A DNA stretch of 64,000 bases from Lama glama. Its lineage: Eukaryota. The stretch is taken from contig CM052825.1 in assembly GCA_028534125.1 (NCBI GenBank), positions 1,736,001-1,800,000 on the forward strand. Reading direction: 5' to 3'. A program made the translations under genes and the position numbers. This document shows, one piece after another, positions 11,545 to 24,159 of the stretch (position 1 is its first letter; every line of letters begins with the position of its first letter). The notes below the pieces were generated by a model. It saw nothing but the letters and a program-made list of their open reading frames with translations, searched no databases and had not been told where the DNA came from.

Positions 11545-12089
11545 TGTCATTTGACAGTGCCACTGAGTCGGCGTACTGACGTGGGATAGGTCCCAGGCCT
11601 GCTGGGGTTTGGAAAGGCATTTGGGGAGGGACCCTCTGCACAATGGCCACGTACTTCATGGGCCTAGGGGAGATGTTGCTCTGCTTGGACCTCACTGTGC
11701 CCCAGGGACACCCAAGGGTCAGAGAGCAAACAGTTCAGGCTGGAGAGTGGCCTTCGCCCCTGGCCCCTGATGGTAGTGACTCCAGGTCTAACCAAGCCAG
11801 GTTTTCAGTCTCTGAAGCCCCAGGGTCACCCTAACCTCATAGCAGTTTAGAGCTCACTGTCCCAAATGACGAGGCAGGTCAAGTTGGCCGTGGTACTGTC
11901 AGGGGAGTTGGGCTGCGGGCTGGTCCTCAAGGGACCAAACAGATGCTGCACCAGTGCCAGCCCTGCCGTTTCCAGGCCGCGTCGCCCTGCGTGCACCAGG
12001 GCCTTTTGGAACCTGTTTCCTCTTCTGTAAAGTGGAGATTTTACTGTTCGCCTCCCAGAAGTAAGAGTCTCCGTGTTCTAAAGCACCTG

Positions 12090-13210
12090 GTCAGTCAGAG
12101 AATCTCAAGAGAAACCCTAAAATATTTTGAAGTGAATGAAAATGAAACTACAGCTGATCAAAAGCTGTGGGTTGCAGCAGAAGCAGCGCTCAGGCAGACG
12201 CTTACAGCTGTGAGGGCACATGTGAGGCAAGGCGGAGCGTCTGAAATCCGTCACCTGAGCTTCCGCCTTAGGAGACTGGGTGATAGGGGGTTGAGCCCAA
12301 AGCAGGCCAAGAAGAGAAATGACGAAAGTTAGAGCAGGCGCCAGTGAATTGAGGACAAATTCGGAGGAGGAACTCATGTGAGCAAAACCTGGTTCTTTGA
12401 AGAGAGCAGTGGAGTCAGCGAGCCTCTAGCCAGGCTCGGAGAGGAGGAGACGGCGAGAGGCGGCGGCGCTGCGGGCCCCACCATAGCTGGGAGGATGGCG
12501 GAGGGCCGCTGAGCAGCCCTGAGCCTGTGGCTTTGCCAGCTCACCTGCCAAACCGACGCGGGGGGAAGCAGGCGACCCGAGCAGGCCTCTGCCTACCGAG
12601 CAGACGGAATCAGTCATTAATCGCCTTTCAGAACAGCACTGGGCCCAGGGGGCTTCACTGGTGAACTCTACGGAACATTTAAGGAAGAGCTTATACCAGG
12701 TCTGTACAGTCTTTCAGAAGACAGAAGTGGAGGGAATGCTCCCGACTCAGCCTGTGAGGACCAGGCGGTGCCAAGCACAAGTCTGTGAAACCGCCAGCGG
12801 CAGTAAGGGCAGGGGCGGCGGGTGCGTCCGGTCGGCCCTCTGGGCGCTTCAGGAGCAGCTCCTCCAGGGTGCAGAGAACAGCTCACTCGTCCCTCCCACC
12901 GGTGCCACGCGTCATAGAGTTCACGGAAGAATCTCTAATACCAAAGCCAGACAGACACTCCAGGAGAACTAGGGACCAACATCTCTCATGATCAAACATG
13001 GAAAAGTCCTTAACAAACTTTAGCAAGTTGAATCCAACAATGTGTAAGAACTACACACTAGGATCAAGGAGGGCTCATCTCAGGTATGCGAGGCGGGTTC
13101 GGCATTTGAAAGCCTCAGTGCGGCCCGTCCCATCAGCAGCGTAACGGGGCCCACGTGACTGTATCGGTAGATGCAGGAAAGGCTTTTGGCAAAACCTGTC
13201 ATCCCCAGTT
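12090..13210 (+). mobile_element. Decayed LINE-1 ORF2 fragment
   Basis: Translations resemble L1 ORF2: LKYFEVNENETTADQKLWVAAEAALR, VFQKTEVEGMLP, LIPKPDR, VSVDAGKAFGK; multiple frameshifts. Confidence 0.85.
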
Positions 13211-13559
13211 TTCAGGTCTGGCCGAGAGGTGCAGGTCCCACAGCCCCTGGAAGACCCATGCCCTTTCCTGCATCAGAGGATCCTGGACGGCAGGAGGGCA
13301 CGCCAGCCGGAGTTTCAGGTGCTCCTTGTCCGCTGCACCCTGGCTGTCAGTGATGGCTGCAGCACCCCGCTTGGATGCCCTGCAGGATCCCTGCGCTCTC
13401 CGCCCCCCCAACTGCACATTTTTCTCAGCCGCCGCAGCCTTTGCCCGCGTGTGGAGCTGTGCCCTGGAGCAAGGGCGGCTGGAGCGGGCGCGGCTGGGGC
13501 TGGGGATAGCAGAGAAAGCACCCAGAGCCCCAGACAGTCTTCACCTGTTTCTCCGCCTT

Positions 13560-13960
13560 GTTTCAGGAGCAAGCAAGTGAGTGCCTGCTCTTCACAGGTG
13601 GAGTCTGGGTTTCCTACAGCCCCGCCATCAGTCCCACTGGTTTGCAAACCAGCCAAGGTGTCGGACCCCAGGGCTGGGATGCCCAACGTATAGCTTGAAC
13701 TGCTCAGTCCCCAGAGAGGATCTCTAAACCCGGGTAACCCCCTCCTCTTCTGTTTCCTCTCCTAGGGGCCCAGGTCCCGACCTGATGGCCCCTCCTCCCT
13801 TCCTACCCGAGTCCGTGTGGATCTTTGGCACTGCTGTGGTGGTGCAGGAGTCTCTCTGCCAGCCTCCAGTTCTCAGTGGGCGTTGCTCCTCACGTAGGTG
13901 TGTTTTGATGTGTTTGTGGCGGGAGGTGAGCTCTGCCTCCTACTCTGCCACCTCAGTCTT
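13560..13960 (-). mobile_element. LINE-1 5' UTR fragment (antisense)
   Basis: ...gtgttttgatgtgtttgtggcgggaggtgagctctgcctcctactctgccacctc resembles, from recall, the reverse complement of mammalian L1 5' termini. Confidence 0.6.
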
Positions 13961-14799
13961 TTCCTGCAGGTTTTCAGTGTGAGGTGGGCTGGGTCTTCCG
14001 TGATTCTCTCCGCGTGGGCAGGACTGGCCCTGACTTCTGCCCCCTTACCCCACGAGGTCACCGAACAGGTACTGGCACGTGATCTCGGGACAGAAGGGCA
14101 CTGACCAGTCAGAACGGTGCGCAGCTGTCCACAGCACGGTTGCCACGCAGATCTTCCCAGTGAAAGCAGGACACTATCTGGGCCGACCATCTCACCACAA
14201 ACAGTGGGAGATGCTGGGGGAAATACTTCAAACCTTCTGTGTAGGAACGCTAAGGTGCTGCCGAGAGATTAGGGCAAGTTGGGTCACGCAGACACAAGCC
14301 CCTGCCAGGCTCTCAGCTCAGGGAGGGAGAGGCCCTGCCCATCAGATGCCCCACTAGGCGGTAACACGGGTCCACAGTCCTCAGTGAAGAGGGGCTGAAC
14401 GCTCACACCAGTAATGTCCTAATATATACAGTTACCCAGGAAGTAAAGTGTTTCCAAACAGGTGTCCAAGAGGGAAAAAAGCAAAGCTCTAATCCAGCCA
14501 GGTTCTGCAGCCATGTTCACCTGCTCCTGTACGTCACAGGTCTTGGGCAGGCCACCCAGCCTCTCCCACCCGTAGGCTGGGACTCATAAAGCCACCCTGT
14601 TGGTGCTGTGGGCTCCCAGAAGGCAGAGGTGGTCATCTCTACTCCTAGGTTCCAGCACAGGGCTGGCACACAGCAGGTCTGTGTGCAGCCCACCTGCTCT
14701 GGCCCAGTCCTCAGCACCCTAGGGGAGCTCATAGGGCACCCTGCATGTGCTGATTGCTTGAGGTTGGGTGGCTGCTGGCCAGGGCCCTTGAAAGAGAGT

Positions 14800-15218
14800 G
14801 TGTCCGTTAGCTACTGCTGTGTAACAATCTTAGGCCAGTAAGTTGAAACAACAGCATTTTATTATTTCTGAAGGGTCTGGGGGCCAACCAGGCAGGCCTG
14901 TGCTCTGCTTGCTCTCATGCATCTGTGATGGGTTGCCTAGAGGCTAGCTGGCCCAGGGTGGGCTCATGTGTTCTCTCAACTTCCAGCAGACCAGCCCAGA
15001 CTGGTTCTCATGCCACCGCAGGAGCCCACATGAAAGCAGGCAGAGGCATGTCATCACAGTGTCACTCTGTCACCTTTTCTTGGCCAAAGCAAGTCACAGG
15101 GCAGGCTCAGATTCAAGTATAAGGAATAGGCTTCCCCACCTGACAGCAGTTGTGGCGAAAGGCACGATGGTTCAGGGAGGGGTGGAGAATCAGGGTTGCT
15201 TTTGCAATTGACACTCCA
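14800..15218 (-). mobile_element. MLT1-type (ERVL-MaLR) solo LTR
   Basis: tgtccgttagctactgctgtgtaacaa... ggccaaagcaagtcacagggc...cagattcaag signature. Confidence 0.7.
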
Positions 15219-18200
15219 CGGAGGAGGAGCCCGGCATCCTTGCTGTACATGGGCAAAAGGTGGTGGCTAGGCCGTGGTGCCCAGGGAGCCACTGACGTGC
15301 CTGGGATGGGCTTTCAACAGGATGATGGCACAGTTGTCCAGCCTCAGAACACAACCAGGAGCTCTTGTGAGCTGGGCCTACGCCTCAGGCAGCTTTGCAG
15401 CCAGCAAACGAGGTTTGCTGAATGACTGAGAGACCTACATCCTACAGCATGTAGCCCAGAGGAAGCCCTGGAGCCGCCTCAGGGGCAAGCCGAGTGCAGG
15501 GTTAGGGAGTGTCTGCTTATGGGCGCACCCACCCCTGCCTGCCCGGGAACCCGAGGACACAGAGGCCTCGGGTCTCGTCCCCTCTGTGGAGGCCGTCTTC
15601 CCTGCACTCAGCTGCTCCTGTCAGAGCCAAGATGTGTCGCCATGGAAACTGCTTGGCAAACGTGCCGTCAGGCAGAGGCGGCAAGCAGCAGCTCGGGCGC
15701 CTGTTGGAGTGAGGGTGGCGGGGACGGCGTGAGCAAGCAACCCCGGTTGTGTGCGTGTGACCGTGCAGGGCGTGGATGATTGGGGTGGTGTGTGAGGAGG
15801 GGCACGTGTGTGGTGTGCTGGGAGTGAGTGGAAGCATGCATGTGTGTGCATGTGTGTGCATGGAAGCAAGTGTGTCCGTGTGGGTGTGCTCGGAGAGCCA
15901 CGCACGGCAGGGACGCCGGGCGTGTGCAGGGATGTGCGGGCCGCGCTGTGATGCCGGGCAGCGCGCCCACCTGGGCTGAGCGCTTGCTGTGGACCAGGCG
16001 AGGCACCAGGCGCTAACGGGAGCTATCCCCAGCCTGCAGCTACGGGCCAAGGACAGCCACCGGCCAGGTAATTATGTGTCGATGGAAGCGTGTGACAGGA
16101 GGGCTTCTGGGAAGAGGCAGCTGTGGGGCCTGAAACCCAAGTGTGGAGCGGGAGGTCCTCCCTGCGAAGGCACAGGGGAAGGATGCTTCACATGGGGCCT
16201 GGCTGGCCGGCAGAGGCCGGGAGGTGAGGCTGGGCAGGAGAGGAGCTGGGTTGCAGCAGATCTGGAAGGCAGCCAGCGGGTGGCGGCCTCTAATTTTGGA
16301 AACCCAGCTGGGGTTACAGGGTGCCAGGAGAGGAGGGGTGCCTTCTAGGCAGAGGGGCCCCAGAGGGACAAAGGGGGCAGTGTCTGGGTCAAAGCAAGGG
16401 TGGCTGGCAGCTGGAGAGGGTGGGGTGTGGCGGGCAGGTGGCCAGGGCCTCGGGAGCTCCGGGGAAAGGCTAGGCTTCATCCTAAGAGCAAGAAGAGTCC
16501 TTGAAAGGCTTCTGTGGCCACGTGGCTTCGTCTGGCTGTGGGTGTGTGGCTTGGACAGGGCCGTGGGAGGTCGGAGCCATCACCAGGTGAGGTGGGTGGC
16601 CTGGCCTGGGGCTTGGGGCGTCTAGGGACAGCTCGGAGGTAGAGCAGACGCAGCTCGGCCATTTCAGGCTGATGCTGGCTCCACCCGGACCCTCCCCCAT
16701 TGCCTTCCCTGACCACCCCACCCTCACCCCTTCCTGTGCCTGCTTGAGAAGCTTCTGGACCATGGGTTCTGAGGACTCAAACCAGCCACAGAACTGGGGC
16801 TCCCTCAGGCCAGGCTCAGTGTGGTCAGGGGCCCCGTCTCCTCACAGGCCTTCCCAGGGCAGCCCACCACCTGGGGGGGCTCTGCTCCCCGTGGACCCTG
16901 GGCCTCCCTGGGTCTCTCCTGCAGGGCAGGAGGGGGAGGTCCTCCCTGGGGGTGAGGACGTCCCAAATCCCAGTGGTATGGCCTCGGGTTGGCACTCCCG
17001 GCCAAATCACCACATCCTGATGTTTGAGACCCCTGTGTCACCAAACCGAGCTGGGCGACTTGTGCAGAGCAGGGTGCCTGGGGTCAGAAACCTCCCATGA
17101 TGCCCTCGTCCTGCTGGTCCCGTCGGCCCTTACAGTCGCCCGGGTGAGGGCGGGATGGCCACATCCTACAGTTGAGGAAATGAAGGGGCTTGTGGGGAAG
17201 GCAGCTTGTCTGTCTGAATCACCGCTGTCACAGCTGAGCAGGATGCAGGCTTAGCCCCAGCCCCCCAACGCCAGCCTGCTCTGGGCCCCGGGGATGGAGG
17301 CACTGTTGTTGCTAGGACCAGATGCAGGGGCTGTGGTTGCCTGGAGCCCAGAGGGGCGACGTCAGGTCCAAGGGGAATGTCGTCAGGCGCCCAGAGTCCA
17401 GGCTGACCCTGCTGGGGACAGATGTCCCCGAGCAGAGCTCATGTGGTCCAGGAGAGGTCTCTGAGGCCCCGCCCTGTCTCTCTGTTTCTGTTCAGGAAAC
17501 AGCATGTGGATCCCCTCTGGTCCCCTGACCACACAGACCACTACGGGAAGAAAATGAGGTGAGGGAGGGAGGCAGCGAGGGGGAGACCAGGAGCAAGGCG
17601 CCCAGGAGGCGGAGACAGGCAGACGTGGGGGGTCAGTCCCCTGGAAGCTGAGGCCCCCACCCCACCCTCGGCTGAGCCTGTGGGAGCCTGGCTGTGAGGA
17701 GGGAGGGACCTGAGCCGCTGTCAGGAGGGGCGGGGCCCTCGGGTGTGCGTCGGGGCTACCTGAGCCGAGCCCACCCCTCAGCGCGCCGGCCTGGCTGCGC
17801 TCTGGACGAACACGGGTTTGCATACCTGGCACCCAGAGTGAACCCTCATCAGAGGGCGGCCTCACAGGCTGGAGCCCCTGCCTGGCTCTGCCCCCAACAC
17901 CCCCAGGAGGGCCCTCCTTGTGCGGGGGCGGGGCTGCAGGCCACGCCCACCTGCCCGCCTCTAATGCTGGGAGCTTGTTCTCCCCAGGCCTCAGGAATCT
18001 CGGCTGGCCCTGGACAGGGGGTTGGGGCTGGAGCTCCGGGGGGGGGGTCCCTGGGCGCCCATCGTGGGCTGGCACAGGGTGGGCACTCGGGAAATGGTCT
18101 CTATAGGATGGCTGCTGGGCAGCTCCCCAGGAGGCCTGGGGAAACTGAGGCAGGAGCAGGGAGCCCGTGGCCTGGAGGAGGCCTTGACTCCACATCCCTG

Positions 18201-18808
18201 CCCGATTCGAGCAGATCCCGAGTCCTCCCCACGTCCCTCCACCTGGGCCCTGGCTCAGCCCCTATCGCCTCCCACCTGACATCACCTGTGCCCCCTCCCG
18301 ACCCCTCCCCACAGCCACTACTCCCAGGTGACCTCGTGAAAGGCGTAGAAGCTGCTGCTTGGGCCGACAGGCTCCCCTGTCCTTGTCCAGGCCCTTGACC
18401 CCTGCCCCCAGGTGGCCCTTGCACTCTTCACTCCAGGCTCACCAACGACTTCTGTTCCCCAGAGGCCCCGCCCACCCTGGCGTCCAGGCCTTGGCTCACG
18501 CTGTCCCTTCTGGCAGGCAGGACCCCTGACCCTGCCCAGAGACCCGGGCTCAGCTTCTCCTGCCCACCTCACGTGGCACGAGCTCTGCGAAGCTGTGCTC
18601 TCTGCCCCTGCCATGTCCTTGCCCTTGTCTGCTGCCAGCGGACAGAAGGGACACGCCTGTCCCCTCGCACAGCACCTGGCACACGGCGGGGGTCTGAGCT
18701 CCGGCTGGGCTTGTGGTTGCTGTGTCCAAGGACCCACCGAGTGCTGAGAACATTCGGGGTGTTCTGATCCTTAGAACAACTGTATGAAGCATTCTCTTAT
18801 TTTCAGCG

Positions 18809-19240
18809 TGTGAGTTTCCGAGGCTGCTGTAACAAATGACCACAGACGGGGGGCTGGGGGGTGGGGGCTTAAAACAACGGAAATCTATTCTCTCACTGCT
18901 GGAGGCTGGAAGTCAAAAATGAAGGTGTTGTGAGGGCTGCCCTCCCTCCAGAGGCTCTGGGGAGAGCCCTCTCGCCCTTTCCAGCTCCAGGTGGCTCTGG
19001 TGTCCTTGGCTGGTGGCCGTGTCCTCCACCTCTGCCCCTGGTGTCACCTGGCCTCCCTCACTCTGTGTCTCTCCTCGTCTGTCTCTTAGGACACCGCCAT
19101 TGGATTTAGAGCCCAGGTAAGCCAGGATGACCTCACCTTGAGGTTCCCACCTTAATTCCATCTGCAAAGGCCCTTACTCCAAATCAAGATCCCATTCTGA
19201 CCGTCGGGGTGGGCACATGTTTTGGGGGCCTCTACTCAGC
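18809..19240 (-). mobile_element. MLT1-type (ERVL-MaLR) solo LTR
   Basis: gagtttccgaggctgctgtaacaaatgaccaca...gcttaaaacaacggaaatctattctctcac...ggaggctggaagtc...catctgcaaag. Confidence 0.85.
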
Positions 19241-22200
19241 TCTCTGGGGGGACACTGAGGTACAGTGAGGTGAGGCACCTTCTCATCTGGCTGAAGGGAC
19301 GGGGGACCCCACATCACTGCTCGTTTCTAGAACTGGCTCCAGTGAGGTGGCTTCACGAGCGAGGTCTGGGGTCTGGGACGTAGGTGTCCTTGTGCAGGGG
19401 GTGGGCTGACCGGGGATGGGCTGCCTGAAGCCTTAGGTGGCCTGGGTTGGGAGTCAGCAGGCTGCCTCTCCTTTCTGGGGGGCCCGGCACTGGGCAGCCC
19501 CCCACTAACCCGGCAGCCAAAAGGAGGAGATGTCAGCCCAGGCTTGACACGTAATTACTGTCCCAGCCCCTGCCCCCTCCCAACCACAGCAGGGACGCGG
19601 CGGCTGGGGAGGTGGGGGTCCCACACCTCTCGTGTAGTAAGGGCACAGTTTTCGGACAGAACACTAAGCATTTCTCACATTCCAAGTTCTCTGTCCCCCG
19701 CAGTAATGAACCAGAAAATCCTGGCAGCTACACGTGTCAGAAGTGTAGCCTTGTGAGCGCGAATCGATCTGCAGGAATTTATCCCAAGGGGGGAAATCAC
19801 ACACCCGTGCAACAAGGATTTATGGAAACCGGATCATCACAGTCAGGTATCTGTGTCTGCACACACCACTGCTTCACACAATACATAGACAACGCAGAAG
19901 AGTGAGGAACTGGGGGAACCTGAGCTGTCCTAAGCCAGGTGGACCCCCCACGAAACGCAGCACAGTGCCGCGGCAAGGCGAGGAGGCCGGCCTTGGGCCC
20001 GTGGCCAGGCAGGGTGCCACGTGGCGGAGCTGCCGGCGGGACAGGGTGCGTGGTGCGGATCCGTGAAAATGCTCTATTTAAATGTGCAGAAAAGGGGCTT
20101 TTGAAGGATGTCTGACAAAAAGTTCAGAGAGGTTACCTCTTGACAGTTGGAATATGGGGTTTTTTTTTTAGACTTCTAGAATTTTCCAAACCTTCTGCAG
20201 TGGGAGTCTGTTGCTGTAGCATTGTTTCTTAAGGCTCCAACTAGACTCCCTTGCAGTGCCGGGGACGGTGTGACACAGCTCTCAGCCATCCGCGGGGGCG
20301 TTTCTCCAGAATGAGGTGGGCAGGAGGGGCGGGCGGGCTGCCGGGAAGGCCTGGGAGGCTGGCAGTCCAGAACCGGGGCAACGTTTGGCTCAAAAGAAGC
20401 CCTTATCTTAACGGTTCCAAAGAGAAAAGGGCCGCTGGAGGGAAGGCTCCCCGCTGAGGCTAGGGGGACAACGCCGGTGCCTCCCTGTGCTGGGGGTCCT
20501 CTCCCGCCTGGGGGAGGCGGCCCCGGGCAGAGGGGCGCCGTCCCCGCTCGTGCTGCTGGCTATGGCGACTGGACAGGAGGCCGCTGCCCAGCCACCGTGA
20601 CCTGGGGACGGGACGGCTGGTGGCCTTCACTCAAGGTGCGTGTCTTGAGCACTGAACCTCTGCCTCCCTCCCTCTGGCCAGCTCCCCGGCCCATCCCTGA
20701 GACAGGACCCTTGTGGGGATGCAGACCTCCCAGGAGCCGGGAAGATGGTTCCTCGCCTCCCAGAAACACAGGGGAAGCTTCTCCTGGGATGACTCTTCCT
20801 GACCTTGGGGATGGCACGGGGTGCCTGTCCGCCACCTCGCCTGTTCACTGAGCTTCCTTGGTCCTAGCCCGAAGCCCCGTGGAGAGTCGGGACTCAGGAT
20901 AGCAGCTGTGGAGGTGACGGCCCGCTGGGTCCCACAGATGGCAGGAGGAGACCAGGCCAAAGTGCTCGGCTCAGCTTACGTGGGTGACGGGGCCCTGGGG
21001 CCCTGCCTGCCCCCTGTGCTCTGTCCTTCTCCCTGCGACGGTCGGCCCATCTGCACGTCTCGGGACTTCGGGGTGCTGTCAGGAAGGCCTCCTGACCCTG
21101 GGGCTGGCAGGGGGCCCAGGAAGCGTGCTGGCAAGTGGGCACTGGGCTGTCTAGTCTCCCTTGCTTAGGTCAGCTTGAGGGGAGCAGCCCAAAGAGAGGC
21201 AGTGCCCAGCGCCGCCCAGGAGGCCCCGACCACAGAAGGGACGCTCTTGGGGCCTCTCCCCTCACCCTGCGGGAGGGCCATGCCAGGGCTGTCCCTTGGG
21301 GTCCCTCCCCAGCTTCAGGCCACCCACTTCTACACCCCCCTTCAGCATCCAGGCAGGGAGGGGCTCTGAGGGCCGAGATGGGGGCCCCCTCTGCTGTGCT
21401 TGTGAAGGAGCCACCCCCAGCCCCCACAGCCCAGGCCCCAGCCCCTCCCCCAGCAAGCCCCGCCAGAATGTCCCCTCTGCACTCCTGAGCTGTCTCCGTC
21501 CCCTCTTCCTCCCGATTCCCTGCGTGTCCTGAAAGAGCAGTGGAGCCTCCGTTTCCTCCCCAGCCGGGGCCCCCGCAGCCCTCGCTGTGTGACTTGGCCC
21601 CTCTCTGTGGACGGCATTGTCCAAGGAGGACCACAGACGCCTCCCGGATGCCTGTTCGATGGCCTCTTCCCCAGCCTGCCCCTCCCGGGGCACCCGCCCA
21701 CTCCCCTCAGCGCTGCCCCGTGTCCCACAGTGCTTGTCCCTGCTTGTCCCTGCTCCCCCCGGACACGTGGCTGGGGGGACGAAGGCCAGGCCATAGAGGC
21801 CGCTCAGGGCCCACCTCATGAGGATCCCAGTGTGCCAGCTTGTGCTCCAACCAGTGCCCCTCCTGCCCACCCCTCCCCCCAAGCTGTGACAGAGGAACCC
21901 TGATGGGTCCCAGGCTGCACCTCGGCCTCTGACTTCCCTCCCTTCAGCTGTCCTGCTCTGCGATCCTGCGCATTTGCTGAGGAGTAATGACCCCGTCTTA
22001 CTAATCTGAGCATGAAGCTTGGCCCGAATCAAGTGTGGTGAAGCCCCGGACTCCAGACCTGGTGGGGGCTCCTTCCCGCCCACAGCAGCGGCGGGGGGCA
22101 GGTGCCAGGGTCCTGCTGCTGGGGGCCTAGGACAGAGCACAGGGGGCACAGGGTGACTCATGGCTGGAACACTGCCTACTTCGCTTTGGGCGGGCAGCCT

Positions 22201-22561
22201 GGAGGCCTCCTGGGGCTCTCTTGGGTGGGGGGGGTCCCCAGACCAACACGTCCAGGGCAGGTGTCCTGAGAACAGCTGAGGGCTGGTCAGATGGGGACCA
22301 ACATGGACCCAAAACATGGGCTGCGGCTGCCCCTCCCCCACACCCAGGGCGGCAGGGCTGCCTCAGGGCCATGTGCTTCCCTGAAGTTCACGGGCCCTGA
22401 CAGCCTCCAGAGGTCCAGAGCAAGACAGGCGGCAGTGACGTGCCCGGGTAGGTCTGCGGCCGCGTGAAGTCAGGGCAATGAGGAGTCTGGGACCAGGTGA
22501 CAGCGTAAGTCTTGGGAGCCTTTGAGGCCTTGGCTTTTATCTAGGTGACCACTTGCAGGCC

Positions 22562-22640
22562 GTGTGACTGGCTCTCTGAGCCTCCGTTTCCCCATCTGTA
22601 AAATGGGTTGGCATAAGCATTACACGAGGTGACTGTGCAA
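22562..22640 (+). mobile_element. MIR SINE core fragment
   Basis: ctctgagcctccgtttccccatctgtaaaatggg. Confidence 0.7.
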
Positions 22641-23764
22641 TCCAGCCCCAGCCCGTCTAGCACCTGGAGGGCCCTCCGCTGAGTGTCTCATGCAGCTGCT
22701 GGGGTGCACGTGGGTTTCAAATCACCGTCACGGTGGCCCCGTCTGACCAGCGCCCTGCAGGTGATGTTCCTGAAGTGCGGGCCCCCCACCCCCAGCTCTG
22801 TGGAGACCACAGGGGTCACTGGCATCTCCGTCTTACAAATGAGCTGACAGCTCAAAGACGGGAAATGACGTTTCTTGGTTTGGTAGCTTGAGTAGTGGAT
22901 CCAGAGCACAGAGGTTTGACCACTGACCCAGGACGCTTTGTACCCCTCCCTGAGCTTGCTAGGAAGTCCTTGAAAATCCTTCTAGACTAGGACCATCCAT
23001 AGTCAAGGCTCTCTGGGGGGGATGGCTCCGGGCCAGAGACTCCGGCAGCCCCCTCCACCTTGCCTTCTAGACCTTTCCCCTTCTGTGCCAAGGGCCTGGG
23101 GTCTGCGCTGATGAAAGGGGAGCCGTATAGGGGGTGCAGCCTGTGGCCTGAGCTGCATTCTCTATCAGGAGTGAGGACAGCACAGGACGGGGCCCTGCGC
23201 CCCTCTGGGACCCCGCGCTGAGCTGCGGAAGAGAAGGAAGGAGGGAACCCTTAGCAGTGGCCACTGGCCTCGCCCAGTGGCCTGAGAAGCACGATTAACA
23301 GCACAGAGGCCTCCAAGCCTCCCAGGGTCCAGGCATCTTCCTTCCGTATCCTGGCAACTGACGAGGCGGAGGCTGTTCAGGAGGAGGATGCAATGCCTCT
23401 CCCCCACCTCCTGCCACGTGGGAATGTCCCCTCGCTGTCCCGGAGCCGCGCAGTGAAATCCCCACCTGGAGGCGGGAGACACGGCAGGTGGGCCGCGGGC
23501 TGACGGACCTGCAGCGTGGGGGTGCCATGTGGCAGGACCGTGGGGCCACAGCTGCCCTTCTCCGGGGACGAGGGGACCCAGAGAAGGTGTGTGGTAGGAG
23601 CTCCATGGAGAAGGGCCGTCCTGCCTTCCACCCCCAGGACAAAGACCACCCGGGCCACAGATAACAGGACCATCTCTGAGGAACCACGCTGTTCACACTG
23701 CGAAGGGGCCCATGTCCCCGCCCTCACCAGCACTGGGGCTGCAGCGAACCTCTGGAGGGGCGGG

Positions 23765-23915
23765 GTGATCAACCCCGGCTCTGCCATCTGGGTGGGCCTG
23801 TCACATCCCCTGCCTAGTCCTCAGTTTTTCACCTATAAAATGGGGACAAAAAGATAGCTATCACACGGCTTGAGATAACACATGTGAGGCATTTAGCACA
23901 TTGTGCCTGGCATAT
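23765..23915 (+). mobile_element. MIR SINE fragment
   Basis: cctcagtttttcacctataaaatgggga...gcatttagcacattgtgcctggcata. Confidence 0.75.
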
Positions 23916-24071
23916 AAAAACTTCTAAAAAATTATAATTACCTTTAAATGGGGAGACCTCCAAATGAAGGGGAAGTTCCCAGAGGGTGATGGCAGGGCGA
24001 GGCTGCGTGCTGCAGTTGTACCCCATCCTTGCTGGGGTAACCCTGACGCCAGTGCCTTTACAGCGCATCCT

Positions 24072-24150
24072 GGGTTTACCCGTCTCACCTGGGGCCCCAC
24101 TGGGCAGCTCGGGTTTGCCCGTCTCACCTGGGGCCCTACCTGGCCGCCGC
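24072..24150. repeat. Two-copy tandem repeat, about 39-bp unit
   Basis: gggtttacccgtctcacctggggcccc / gggtttgcccgtctcacctggggccct. Confidence 0.8.
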
Positions 24151-24159
24151 TGGCTTACC

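Noticed and set aside
21262-22341. 359-aa minus-strand ORF (similarly 25909-26940 and 45365-46276)
   Set aside because: Composition is typical of GC-rich non-coding DNA and I recognise no homology
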